Shown: positions 37,447 through 50,906 of the stretch, one piece after another
How the letters are laid out: the number at the start of each line of letters is the position of its first letter
Numbering within the stretch: the stretch's first letter is position 1
From: Laetmonice hystrix
Taxonomy: Eukaryota
Direction of reading: 5' to 3'
Assembly: GCA_965235115.1 (NCBI GenBank)
Contig: OZ249445.1
Coordinates: 5,580,001-5,644,000, forward strand
Length of the DNA stretch: 64,000 nt
The notes under the pieces: model-generated
Seen by the model: the letters and a program-made list of their open reading frames with translations, nothing else
Databases searched by the model: none
Told to the model about the DNA's origin: nothing
Translations under genes and position numbers: made by a program

Positions 37447-38020
37447 TGGCTTGGTCTCTGTCTGCGCAGTCAAGGCACCAGGTGGCGCCCCAGGGGTGTG
37501 GCCGACGACACGGGGAGGCCGGGGCCGCCTTATCTGGGTGGAGCACTCCTAGCTCGGTCCAACGGAAACGGATGGCGGCAGCGACGGTGGTGGCGATAAC
37601 GTCAATGGAGGGACACCGTCATAGACTGACGTCACTGGCTGACGTCACAAGTCACGTGATTGGCGGTGGCGGAATGTGATAACAAAGGCCACGGCACCGT
37701 GCCCCAGGCTCAACAATATAACTTTGACATGAAATGGCAGGTTCGCCAGGGACTGTTTTACTGGTAGAGGCAGTTGGTGGTGAACAGCAGGCTCCTTCAG
37801 GTATTGAAATGTGAGGGTGGGAAGGTATTCACCTCGGTAGGGTTAGGGATAACATCGAGAAAGTCTCCTCCGAATACAGTGAACGGATTGGGTAACGTAC
37901 GAGAACTTCCGGTGTCTGCGGTCACGTGGCGGTCACGTGATAAACATGTGATCACAGGTTCTCCGACGGTCAGCGTTTGTCGTTTGTGAGGAACGCCCGC
38001 TCGTACCGTGAGGGACGCTC

Positions 38021-41000
38021 TCACTTCCAGCCGTGTTTACTCATAACGTTTTCGGCAAATTGAAGGAAGTGAAGGGCACACTGTTTGCGTCGTGAGCCCA
38101 TATCCTGGAGACACTCGTACTCCGCATCTGGTGAGACGCTGCCGCAGTAACCACACACGACGGCCGTGAACTCAGTGTCAGTCGTCGAGGGCGATCTCTT
38201 GTGAGCCGGCAGGTCGCTCCTCCTGCAAACAGTCACGTGACATCCGGTTAACACTTAACCAAGGGCAAGAGGAGTGGGTATTGTGTCACGGCAGGGCATG
38301 GGGCCAGAGCAAGCGTGGAATTACAAATGTAGCTCAGTCCTCTCTGTATATTACATGACATTTAGCCTAGGTTACCTAGATACTGTCAAGAACATTCGTC
38401 CCTGTATTCATTAGATGTAGCATTATGCATATAAAAATATATTATCATTTCGCGGAATACTTCATGGTAAGCAAACAAGAATACATAATGGAGACATTAA
38501 CTTTCAACTAATTAGAGGAGTTTTGGACATGGTTATGAAGTTAAATATCATCATGAACTGGTATGATAAAATGCCTTCTAAGGTGAAGGGAGGGGGGATG
38601 TGAGGACTATAATATATACATGCATACGGTATCACGTGCATTCACAATCATGCATATCAAAATGTAACAACACACAATTTTATATCTTTAGAGAACAATC
38701 ACGCCTGGGCCTAGTTCGTGCTTAAGCTTAACGCTTCTGATTGGCTGGTCCAAGCAGATCAGTCAATCAGAAGTCTTAAGCTTAAGCTTAGTAACATTTT
38801 AAGTTTTTTAGGAACTAGGCCCTGCAGTCAGATTTGCCGTATACTCTGATCATGTATTTGGCAGTATGGATTATGGGTGACGTGAAGGGCAGCCCGGGGG
38901 CGTACAACTGACCCAGTTACACCCTAGTGGCCCACAGGTGCTGGTTTTTCAAATTTCACGAACGCGCTAAGATATTTTGAGACTCGATATTTTGGCTGGT
39001 TACTACAGAGACCCGGGAGGATTGAGAGTAGAAGACAAGTATGTCTGTCGTGTCCCTGGACCGGTTATGTTGGTGACGGGTTGCGAAGGTCACCTTGGTT
39101 TACTCATTCAAGTCGGACTTGTGTGTCCCACTGAACTAGTGATGAATAATAATAAAGATCATGGTTTATTTATAAACATGGGTCCGGGCTGGCGAATGGA
39201 CTAGCGATCACTGGTGCTGGACGCGAGTCAAAGGCCTGTGTCCACTTGAGCGGTATGCCGCGCGTCTTAACGCCGCGTGATACGCACAGTGAAACACGCG
39301 GCGGAATACGCGGCGGCGATGCGTGTCCACTTTGGCGTGAAATTGCGGGCGCATACGGTCACTGATCATCATATCTTATCATATAAGCTTGGGTTTTCTC
39401 CACCTCTGTGATCAGATGCTCAGTTGTTCGGTCGTCCGCCTTTCGAGACATCTTGGTGAATGGCCAGGTGCAATTCAGTGCCAACTCTTCACAAAACACG
39501 CGGCGTGATCCGCGCAATAAATAGATTTTCTTTACCGAGCGTATCACGCGGCGGTGGGAGTGCGTGTTTTTTTGCCGCCACGCTTAGACTCCTGCATTGG
39601 AATCTGTTGTTCTTTTACTAGGCGTTTTACCGCCGCGTATCACGCGGCGTTATGACGCGCGGCACACCGCTCAAGTGGACACAGGCCTTTAAAAGCCCAG
39701 GTGGTCAGGCGTGACCTTGAAACCCTCACCCCTGTGCTTACATCGGGGACCGCTGTAATGAGGGGGGACATTATCACGTCTGTTTGAGTGAGGATATAGG
39801 TGGACGTACTTGTCATCCAGAGTATTATATAATAGATACAGTTGAGACTAACGTCATGTTATATAGAAGATAATTAACAATTAAATGAAATGAGAGGGAT
39901 TAGACCTACGGATTGAGTCACCGAAAGAGAGAGAGAGAGAGAGAGAGATTCAGAGAGAGAGAGCCAGATAGAGAGCCAGAGTTAGAGCCAGAGAGAGGCA
40001 TAGGAGAGAGAGCCAGAGAGATAAAGAGAGAGAGAAAGAGAGAGAGAGACGGAGAGAGAGACACAGAGACAGAGAGTGGGTGGATGTGTTGGGGAAGGTT
40101 GTCCGTACACTCGAGTAATCATTGCGGATTGTATCGTCCGTCCTCCCCGTACCTGATTAACTCCGATAATCAGACAATAAGTTTCTCCTGCTGAGATTGT
40201 CACGTCATTTAGAACATGGGTCATCCCCCCCCCCCCCCCCCCCCGTAGGATGGAGTACATACGGTTCTAATATCATCGAAAGGATCGCAATCAGTTTCAA
40301 AGTTTCTCGCATAATTCCGCAAGTCTGATAATAATCTAGTTGTGCTTAAGTCAAGAGGAATCTTTTCATCGACCCAGGGATACTACCACCCGCCACTCGA
40401 ACCTCCTTGTCGGAGTCCCCTATAGACCAGTGGAGCAAGGCGACTTGTATAATCTAGGGGGCGTCTCTACTGATGGAATTGTATTAAAACATAACAATTA
40501 CATTAATGAAAAAACTATTGGTGCTAGAACGCGTCAACGACGCTTGTGAATCTAAACATTAAGTGGGTGAAAATGATGGAACAGGTTTGTTTGGTGAATA
40601 CGGGGTGGGTTCCACGTGTATGTCCAGATGTTATAAAGGATATGAGGATGAAGGATAACGGTAAGATAGGTGTCGTCACAGGATGATGCACGTGTGAGCA
40701 GGTCGTAATGGATGACTGTTCAGAAAGCCAGGGTGTGGAGTTGTTCAACAATCTATGCTACAGATCTGAAGGGGGAGAGTGGGGGTGGGTGGTTCCGTGG
40801 AGAGTTCGGCAGACCGAGAGGTTGTTAGCGTGGCCAGCAGTCAGCTCGCCGTTACGGCCAGCATGACGGCTCGCCGTCCCGGTCGGTTCAGGTGGTAGGA
40901 AATCGGTGGTAGGCGGAACAAGGCGTGTTGAGGACGGTGGTCACACATGGGTGGATGGATGTCTAGGGTGTGACGGGGTGGGAGGCTGACCTGGCCCTGA

Positions 41001-41543
41001 CATTCACACACAGCCCGGCAGACTGGCCCCGGGGCCTGGGGAGAGGAACTCGGCAGGGTATATCACACCGACTGATCTCTATGTCAGCGGGGGAACAATA
41101 AAACAATTTTGAAATCCGAGTCTGCTCAGGTGGATACCACACAGGATCGACACGGAGCTACACGTCAAGTCTGATCGATCATGTCAAAAGTTGTTAAATC
41201 GAAAAGATGATTTAGTATACGACGCGAGGGAATGAGGCAATCGGCGAATATACCCTTACAGTGGCGCCCCCTATAGGCCGGGAGGGGGCGCAGTCAGCCG
41301 GGGCTGTGGCTGCGGTCCGGGCCATTTTGTTACGACGTACATTTGCTGCCTTTTTACGTTCCTCCTGCCTAAATATGGCAGCCACCAACCAGAACTGCGC
41401 TGTGGCATCTGTCTACGGGCGGCTGGAGCTTGAAGACGGAGTACTAACCCATTTCTGAAGAAATCTGGTGGGAGGGAAGACGCTGTACGCAGTAGAGCCA
41501 GGAGGACCACCGTCAAAACGCTCAGTATAATTCCACGATGCAT
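38021..41543 (-). CDS. Putative neuropeptide precursor, 98 aa, 2 coding exons, family unassigned
   Basis: Exons complement(41449..41543, 38021..38222). Strong acceptor TTTTATCTTTCAG directly before the ATG; donor GTTAGT; acceptor CTGTTTGCAG; phase 2+1 joins in frame. Product MHRGIILSVLTVVLLALLRTASS-LPPDFFRN-G-R-SDLPAH-KR-SPSTTDTEFTAVVCGYCGSVSPDAEYECLQDMGSRRKQCALHFLQFAENVMSKHGWK. Confidence 0.8.
38708..38821. mobile_element. Small PIF/Harbinger-type MITE, 114 bp, in the peptide-gene intron
   Basis: TIR GGCCTAGTTC / GAACTAGGCC, 3-bp duplication CTG (38705-38707, 38822-38824); internal inverted CTTCTGATTG arms. Confidence 0.65.
39231..39689. mobile_element. Internally deleted Harbinger-type element with MADF (Myb/SANT-like) remnant
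   Basis: ~55-bp TIR AAGGCCTGTGTCCACTTGAGCGGT...GATACGC (2 mismatches), flanks TCA/TAA; minus-strand ATG 39451 encodes MSRKADDRTTEHLITEVEK and, with a 1-nt frameshift, NPSLYDK. Confidence 0.7.
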
Positions 41544-44500
41544 CTGAAAGATAAAACCACCAGGCTTGTGTGAATGATTCAGTAGTTATCAGAGGCAGGC
41601 CCCTTAATGTAATTGCACTGACATGATTTCGGAGAGCTGTTTTATTCTGGTCTTTGAGGGAGAATTTGTAAAGAATGCATTAATAGTTATTATGGTGCTC
41701 TTCCCCTTGTGAACAGCACAGAAACACCAATTGAATAGCGAGCAGGTATTAGGTTTTCAGTCTCTAAAAAGGTTATTCAAAACAACAAATTCTACTCCCT
41801 TTGTTGAATCAAATAACACAATCATATTGGAAATAATTTACTAATAAATCTCCTGTTCACATCAAGGAAGAGTTTCATGGTTAGGTTATAGAGAATTGCG
41901 CGACACGTTGAACATGTGCCCCGGATACACAATATAGAGTGAAGCGTAGGCCTTAAAGGTGCTATTCGTCTCGCACAGAATGGCATTTCTCCTATCATAC
42001 ATTGTGCACATAGTACTAGAAACAATTCCTACCGATACCATTGGCCTGATAAACCTTCTATTAGTTTGTGTGCAGCATTTGAAACCTATCTCGGTGCGCA
42101 CCGAGATAGAGCCATTTCCTATGGTGGGGCGTGTCAGGGTCTCTACAGGCCTTCTGAGAGAGCCCCATTTGTGCCGTTATCCATGAAAAATTTTGATTTC
42201 CTTTGTTGTGAATCTATTTCCATGATAGGTGGGATCACATAAACGTCAACAAAATTAAAAATAAAAAAATTGAATTTTTGTTCACGAATAGTACCTTTAA
42301 GATGTGCGGTTTTTGTGTCGACAGAATGTTTATCTGAAACACTTTCTGATCGCAATTGTCCTCTCCTTGTGGGCCACGCCTCGTTCTGGGAGCCAGAGCC
42401 CGCTTTGATCCCATTGTTTGGGTTTCCCCGGCCTGGAACCTGAGGGGGATACATTAATTTGCCCTCTCAGACACAAGGTAGCAATAGCTTTAAGTTGTCA
42501 GATCCAGTTATCTGATGAGCTAGGTTCACCTCGTACCAGCACTGCATGAAAGGCGGGGCGCCCTTGAGTGCTGAAGGTGCGAGGCGAACATACGCGGGGT
42601 GGCTTGGGGCCTCTCCCCCAGAAAAAAATTGAATTTAGAAAAAACGCTTTTTCTCGGCATCTGGAGATGGAGATTGTGAAGTTTATCAAAGCATTTAAGC
42701 CTAGCCTACCAATAACTTTTGTCACTTGCAGAATCCACCTGCGTGCATGGCAGTAGAGAGATATTTGGATCCACTACCATTTTTCTCGCTGGCTCTCCCC
42801 AGTGTTCGGCAATGGGTCATCAAAGGCTGTGATATGTTCAACTGTGTGTCACAAAGCAGGCCCGTACCCGGGGGGGGGGGGGGGGGTCCAGGGGTTTCGG
42901 AACCCCCCCCCCCCCCCGGGAGGGAGGGGGCCTCGCACCTGAGGGTACCCAGGCTCAGGCTGCGGCTGTAGGCCCCACGAACTGAATACAAAAGATGGAC
43001 CCCCCCTAAGGCCAATCCTGGGTACGGGCCTGCAAAGTATATAAAAAAGAAACGTGTCATTTTTATCCTAAGCTTCCCCCCCGGGGGGGGGGGGGGCTCG
43101 GTGGTACAATAGGTACAATGATTGAATAAGCTTGAAGACGTTCATGGCAAAAGCTTAATCTTCTCTCATGTCAAACTCTGTGCTATTTTGTACTCCTAAA
43201 ACGCCATCATATTTAGCACTTCTCAGGCGAAATCTCCCTGTACACTTCTCAACGAGTCTTCTCGTCTTGGTGTGCAGTACATGTATTATAATGCGGTTCA
43301 ACTCCGAGCGTTGGAGGATGTCTTGGACCAGGAAAGTTGTAGGTTCTTTGTCTCTCTATATGTCTCTACATATTATGACATCATAAAACACGCACAGAAT
43401 GCACCAACTGACGCATACATCCACATACTCGCTAAAGTAAGTTCCATGGAATGCAAATATTAATGTGCATTATAGGCAGAATAGACTAATCTTATTACAA
43501 AGGCTGTACATCTTAAAACATTGACATACACATCTTACGGTTCCTTTACATATTTCTGTACACACTTTCATTGTATTGTGGACAGACTTCATCTCCGCGA
43601 ACAGCTAAGGCTTTGTTCCTGATAATTATTTTTGCAGAAGAATACAGATATAATATTATTGTAACCGATAGCTTATAGAAAACTGCAGAATCGTAAACAC
43701 CCGTGGACATTTTTTGGAGTCGATCTTTCTGTATTTTAAGAGTCGAATCATCTTTCTTTTTCCCACATAGAACTTTCTGAATTGACCATGCTGAAACACC
43801 TCGACGTTCATACTATCTGGTACAATCTTCAAGTTGATATCTCAGATAGTCCTTATATGAGACCAAAATTGAAATTTTGTCTCAAAATTGGTGTTCCAGA
43901 CTTAGTTGTAATAACAGGTGGTCAATTAGACACCCTTTTAGTTTTGATCTCATACCTTCTCGGAAGATTGAGACGTAGGGGCTTTAAAAATATTTTACGT
44001 TAAAACTCTTTTTTTTTATGGCCACCCTATATATACACTTGTACTTTACAAAAAAGAATTTTAAGGAAAAGGTATAAAGATAGTTGTGATAAGTGTTCCG
44101 AGATGTTGCTTAGTGATTATTAAATGGTGGTTATACATGTCGAGCACCAGGTAAGCCACTCTCCATGTGTGTAATTTAGCCAAAGTAATTTAGCTGTAGG
44201 CCTAAGCAGAGCCCGCAATTGGATCTGCTTATGGCTTTGCATGAGGAGGTTTGGAGGAATGAACGCCTGCTCACAGACGCGTCGTCTGCTCTGCGAGGTC
44301 ACGTGATCCGTGCGACTCACGTGACGGGCCGAGATGTCCGACGTGATCGGTGTCGGAAGATGACGTTTGTTTCTACAGCAGGGGAACGTAAACTTTCAGA
44401 CCTGACCTGGCAACTCTCTGCTAATGGATATCCTTTCAATCAGCGCCGAGTCTATTCATGGCAGCGTCTGACAGCGGCTGTCAATATATGCTTGGCTTAT

Positions 44501-47500
44501 TATTTCAAGAGTTGTTGCAAAAATGCAAAATGAGCAGTAAAATTCCGCCTCCTAAGCTGTGTCCTAGCCGATATGTCGAATAACCGCCTCATGTCGTGTT
44601 TGAACTCCCTCTCATTCATTACTGGCGCCACTCGGTTTTGTTTGACGCTTTAGCAGACAGAACTCTTTCAGTAACGGGACGCGTGGTATCTTAGGGCGTT
44701 TAGCGAGGCTGACATTACTATTATTATTTCTACTACATGTATGTTAATCACAATATTAAAGTCACGCGGACACAGAATCCTATTACGTCCCGACTATACG
44801 TCCGCTTAACGTCTCAGAGTGTGTGTAAATGTCATGTCTCTGGCATGTCATTAATTTCTCTCAAGTTGAAAATGGCGGAAAGCAAGCATATTGAATGTCA
44901 TAATTGGTATTCTTGAATAACGTTTTCCACTTCCACGGCAGACAAAGGTTTCTCCCCGCTTTGTTCTGCACTTCCACTCTTCTTCATGCTACTAACAAAG
45001 TCGTGGTTCATTTGTATTCTGGACGTCTGTTTCCATCTTATCTTCGGGAAGATGATTAAATATTGTATTACAATCGTAACTGGCAATGACAAGATAGGCG
45101 TATCTTGGTGGCTCTCATCTCAACTTTCTGGGCATGAGCCACACCGCTGAAGACATAATACATTTGGATGTACATTTGTCTCGGGACACATTGTGGCTCA
45201 TCTCAAATTTATACAGGCATCTGGTTAATGAGATTGAGCAAATTGTTGAATTCCATTACTATTCTAGGTACATACGTATAAAGGCGGTGGCTAGTTATCT
45301 ATAGTATATAATATAGATGCGTGTATATTATATATTCCAGAAAACAGATTTTGTCGCCTACTTGTAAACAGAATTTGCAGTCTAGCGGTAAGTAGATTTT
45401 TATACTCTGGGCAGTTTTCATTGGTTGTAGTAGAATCACGTGGTCAGATCGGCCATGTTTATGTGGTTGGAGAGAGTCGACCGTATTCTGTGCTCTCGGC
45501 GGCCGGCACGACGTCTCTCAATGCCAGCCACGAGTGACTCGAAACGGCTCATGGCAACATTCAATTATAGCTACGCATGCCAATTAAACACATCCTCTTA
45601 CTGTGTATTCTAAGCACTATTGAATTAACAAAACGTGCCATCCTTTTAAAGATATTACACATCGTAATTAGTTGAGGCTGGAAAGACTGGTTAAAGTTTT
45701 GGACTTATTCCCTGATTTTATCCCAGTGTGAGCATGCGCGACATCACGCGCTTCCCGCTGTCCACGTTACCTAGGTAATGACGTCATCGTGACGCCTGTC
45801 TAATCAATTGTACCCACCACATCCAGTCCTGTGATGTCAAGGCTACTGACCAGTATAAATTTACCTGGTCGTTCTCGTGTACGCTTTTCAAGCGCTTTAG
45901 GTTCATATTAAAGGGACGATTCGTGAAGCAAACAAAAGCCAAGGATTGCTTCACCTCATGGGGTTGAGCTGAGTCGTATGGTGTAATATCAGATGTCTCG
46001 CCGGCTCCATGGAGACAAAGGAAAAACTGAGATGCCAACGGAAGTAAACTGATCTCACCTTTGCTAAAGGTTAGACACATCGTGGCATACAAAAGCTATT
46101 AAAAACTAATTGCTAGGTACGATCCGCCATTGACTGCGTGGATAGGTTATGAAAACTCCCACCTGGCTATATAACTGATCTGCCGTTCTTGCTGTGTTAC
46201 AAGACAGCATACTCAAGCTGTACAGATGACTGTATACCCTCCTATACGTATAAAATATATAAATATAACCTGTAACAGCTAGCAATGGTAATAGTTTGGG
46301 TAGGATATGTTCTGCTGAATGAATTAAATATGGTCGGAATTTGTGGAAGAAGGTTCCAGGATTCCATTATTTTATATAAGATAAAGTAACTTTCAGGGAA
46401 TAGAGCCATGAATAACACAGGCAGGTTATTGTCCATCGGTCGACTGCCGTCCAGCGATGAAGGTCAAAGATCATGAAGGTCAAAATTCAAAAATGATCAC
46501 AGCTTGGCAACGACTGTCGTTTGTGGTCGGAGTGTCGGGCGACGGTTGGTCGAACAAATCAACAATTAGTACCGCGTGGTTTCCAATTATTGTACTCTCC
46601 CTGTATAGAGATTCTGGTTGCTCTGGAACTCTACGAACGACTCCGTACAAGACGTGTCAACATCTGTAGCGAACGTTTTAAGATAAACATGTAGGCCTAT
46701 ATAGATTCTATTTGTAGTGCTAAGGTAACTAAGACGAAACAACTGCCGGCATTGCGGAAACGTGTAGAGTTAAGAATTGCTTTTAAAACTGTCAGTTAAT
46801 GGACATAAAATCTCACATAAAATCTCACGCGCTGTCTCGGCAGGCGCGAGACTTGCACATATGGTGTGGCCGGAAATAATGACTCGCTGCTGACTGCGCC
46901 TAAAGCTGGTCCCGCTCGCTAATGGACGAATGAAGAGCTCTTTTAATGGCGCCTGGTTTCCACGTTTTTAGTGAAATAGACCATTTGCCGGAACACCTAA
47001 TGATAAAAAGACGATGTAAGATGTCTTTAAATGACCCCATCAGGGGGGGGGGGGGCAGGAGGTTAAATGTAATCACACCTGTATAGATAAGGTCAGATGA
47101 CTTCATTAATAGGTGTACTGGCCCCCCAACGCCTCTCCGCGTCAGTTTGGGTCTGACTTAACACAGATACATTGTGATCAAAGGGGAACTCTTCCTTCTT
47201 ACGCAGAGAGCAAATCTTTGTTCACACAACCGTTCACAATACGGTACAAACGATAGACGTCCTTTGCGAAGAACTGCTGTGAACCAACTGTAGAATCAGT
47301 ATTCACAGTAGCTTACCATGCGCATCATAAATTTCGATTCTTGTTACACTACAAAGAATAGAGTGCCGTTGTATCCACATTATAGAAGCAAAACAAAGTA
47401 ACTTTCTCGAGTATGGCCGGGGTAGTGGCATTTTAACCGTCATAATGCGCTTCGATCGAAACCAAAGCGAAACAAATTCCAGAATTCACCTCGGTGTGCG

Positions 47501-48863
47501 AATTCTAGCATTCGCTTTGCATGGAATCGCGCCCAGTTTGTGATGTCTAGAATATGCACCAATGCGCTTTCTGAGGTCAGAGGATATAAAAGAACCTAGA
47601 GTTGTAATGCCCGGGTCGCCTAATGTTGCAGGACCTCCACAAGATAAACGTGTTTGGGTGCGGCATCGCTCTCATTGACCAGTTTGGTAGGTTATACGCC
47701 CGGGCTATGATACCTGCTGGGATGTGATCCCAGAGCGAGGTTCACCACGTGACCAATCGATCTCGTGAATGTCAGAGTGACACCTCATAAAGACTAGAAT
47801 GCTTGTCACGTGATGCGCCTAATAATTCGACAAACCTTCACCGCGCTCGGTTTGCTGTTTTGTGACATCGAATTAAACGCCCTGCTCAGCATTGAAAAAT
47901 ATCGGTACAAAACACAAGACATCAATTATAATGAATTGTTTTATGTGCAAAGTTTTCGTAAACTACTCGTCCTAGATCCGTGACATATTACGTAACGAGT
48001 ATCTGTATGTAGACTGATTGAGAGCATTTAAATTACCATAACCAGATATGTGGAAACTTATTCGGCCTCCAAGATGTGTACATGATGTTTGTATACCCGT
48101 CTAAAGTTGCTTCAGCTAGGCAGCAATTGCGCGACAGAACACATGCATGGTGGCCATAATCAATCGTTCTTGTTCTAGAAGAAAATATCTTGCTGATTTG
48201 TCAGAATCCTTTGATTATCAGAATGTGAAGCATTTGAAGATTTTAATAAGAACTACAGTGCATGGTTGCGGACTCATTACGGGAGATGTGTGTAGTGCGA
48301 CGGTCGGCGTGCGGCGGTGTACCTTGATGATGACGGGGAGAGTATAACTGAGGTGTCCATATACTAATGAGGTGAGCATAGGGCAGATACCAGGTCCGGG
48401 TAACATGATCGGCAGCCACGGGCAATGAGGAGGAGGAGGGGGAGGAGGGGGGAGGAGGGGGAGGAGGCCGAGGAAGGAGGAGGCCGAGGGAGGAGGAGGG
48501 TGAGGAAGGAGCAGGTGGAGCAGAAGGAAGAGGATTTTACGGTCCATGCCTAGTTTTTCCTCCTGTATAGAATGGCGTGACTTTCAGCTCCCATGTAACT
48601 AGAAAACCAATCACGTCTTCTCGATTGTTGCCGGTGACGTGATAGGAAGAGGAAGGATGACAAAAATCACTGGCTGATTGTGTCTGAGATGGCATCACCT
48701 GTTCACGGTTTCATGACGATCTGAATCTGAAAACTATTGCCGATCCTGACGCCTACAGAACGAATGGGGACGGGGAAAGATTGGTGCTGACCCTTCCCAT
48801 TTCTAGATCATATCTCGACACTCTCTCTCAACTGAGCTGCGGTATTCTTAAAATTCATCTTAA

Positions 48864-49080
48864 AGGGACACAATTGGAACGGCTTTTGGATCTTTAGTGA
48901 GGCATTCTATAGTTAAATGCAAAACATAAATATATTGGGTGAAAACCGTTGTCTTGACCGAGAAATGGCATGCCAATGACATGCCAATCAACGTTTTTTT
49001 CAGGGTAGGAATACTTATTTCGGACCTCTTTACGCTATCATATAAGAAAAACGGAAAGTCAGTCGAAAAATTGTACCCCT
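48864..49080. mobile_element. Possible Kolobok-type non-autonomous element
   Basis: TTAA-AGGGACAC ... GTACCCCT-TTAA; TIR short and imperfect. Confidence 0.35.
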
Positions 49081-50480
49081 TTAACCCTGATGTAATCTAA
49101 AAACGCCGGCGATGGGATTTCCATAAATCCGGGTGTCTTATATATTCTCTAAACGCCGGCAATTGGCTTTCCATAACAGCGCGTCTCTTATATATTCTCT
49201 ATATTCTCTAAACGCCGCAGCACATGGAGTGTACTTCATGATTGGTTTCGGCGACCTGAGAAAGGTCACTTTATGACCATCACTTCATGACCATTTCTAG
49301 TTCCACCATATATTTCGCCGTGAAAGTGTCCTTGGATGCCCATACAGTGTGATACTTATCAATGTTACACCCCTCTGAAAGCACTGCTTGCTTTTCGGCC
49401 ATCTTTTGGGCGTCAGTCATGTGTACCGCATGCTGGTATAGCGTCCGTGTTTGACGTCAACGTGACAGTCACAGTTCTGACGTTATCCACGGTCGCGTTT
49501 CACAAGCGTCGTTAGTCTGTCGTGCGTGGAAGTGTCCGTTTAAAATACAGGTTGGGTGGTTCTAGCGACGAGTAAGCTAATGACAAGTTGTGAACCGAAA
49601 CTTTGATACCAATTATTGTCTAACATGACGCCACATGGCATTTGGCGGGAGCCGCTAGTCACAGACAGTCAACAAGATAAAACCCCTACCCACAGCCCCC
49701 GCATCCAGACCCGACCTATAGCACTTCTTACACATTGATATACGCACACACCCCTACACGCATACATGTATACAACAAACAGGGAAAGAGATAGCTTTAC
49801 CGCTTGCTGTATAAGTATGTATGTGTGTGTATGTATTCGATAGGAGTAACAGTATCCCGAACTCATTTAGAGACTTGCAGTCAGTGAGGAATTTCAATTT
49901 GCATGAAGAGATGGTTCCCCTGAAAAGAAGAGGACAACCCCCCAGGAAGAGATGCTTACCTCAAGTTGTTGCGATGCAGACAGAGACTAAGACAACGGTT
50001 CAATCAGGCTGGCCCGTCCTAGGTTTGCAAATCACACTTTATCGCACTCCAGGTACTCTACAGCGTTATCTAAGTTCCTCCTGCAGTCCTGTGTACTAGA
50101 AATGGTCGAGCCCTGCCCCGGTGAACGCTTATATTGGCGCCACTAATCAATGATCACGGACGCTACGTCACGGCCGCGAGCATGCGCGGTGCGTAACTTT
50201 TTGCCATTTCCTGAAGTTGAAAATGTCAAAAATAAGTAAACTTGATAGCCTACGGACGAGCAGGGTGGGGTGGGGGGTGGGGGTCGGGGGGTCGGGCAGG
50301 GAAGGAGTGGGCGACAGGGGCTGGAGTAAAAACTTTGTAAATGACATGAAGGACTGAGTTCCATATTGACACTGGTTGCAGGAGCCGTGTTCTATAATTC
50401 CCAGCGGTTATGGCAGACCGACCGCCATAAGTGATTCTTTGTAATTTTGAGAAAAATAAATGAGGGGGGGGGGGGACTGT

Positions 50481-50906
50481 CAGGGTTCCCAGCCAGCCTG
50501 GAAATCAGGGAAAATCTGGAAAATGACTCCCTCTTTTTCCAGTCAGGAAAAAGTAAGGGAATTTAAGAAAAGTCCCTCAAATCAGGGACAACTGAGGGAA
50601 TTTTGTTTGTCCAGTGGTCAGACTTTTCTTCTGCAAGCTTAGCTAACTAAATGACAATAACAAGTATATCCTAACAATTATTCTCTCTATTTAATAAGTG
50701 AGGAAAGGATGGCTGTGAGGGGAGAAGGGAGGCCATGGTGTTAAAATTACATAAATATAATACATGTTTATGTTCTAGGGGTTGAAATTACTATTTATTG
50801 AAGATCTTTCAAGCAAGAAATAGGTCAGAATGATGATCCTGGAATTTCAGGGAAAAATCAGGGAAAAGTCAGGGAATTTTGTTCCCATGAAATGTTGGGA
50901 ACCCTG
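50481..50906. mobile_element. Non-autonomous hAT-like element, 426 bp, 5-bp TSD
   Basis: 11-bp TIR CAGGGTTCCCA / TGGGAACCCTG, direct repeat ACTGT (50476-50480, 50907-50911), subterminal (T)CAGGGAA repeats. Confidence 0.8.

Noticed and set aside
41449-41460. FRNG matches the start of vertebrate neuropeptide S and amphioxus SFRNGVamide (NG peptides)
   Set aside because: Here Gly is followed by Arg (amidation/cleavage) rather than further peptide residues, and there is no neurophysin domain; four shared residues are not enough to assign orthology.
43130-45250. Protein-like minus-strand frames at ~43130-43360 and ~44880-45240
   Set aside because: In-frame stops, no recognisable domain and no consistent splice chain.
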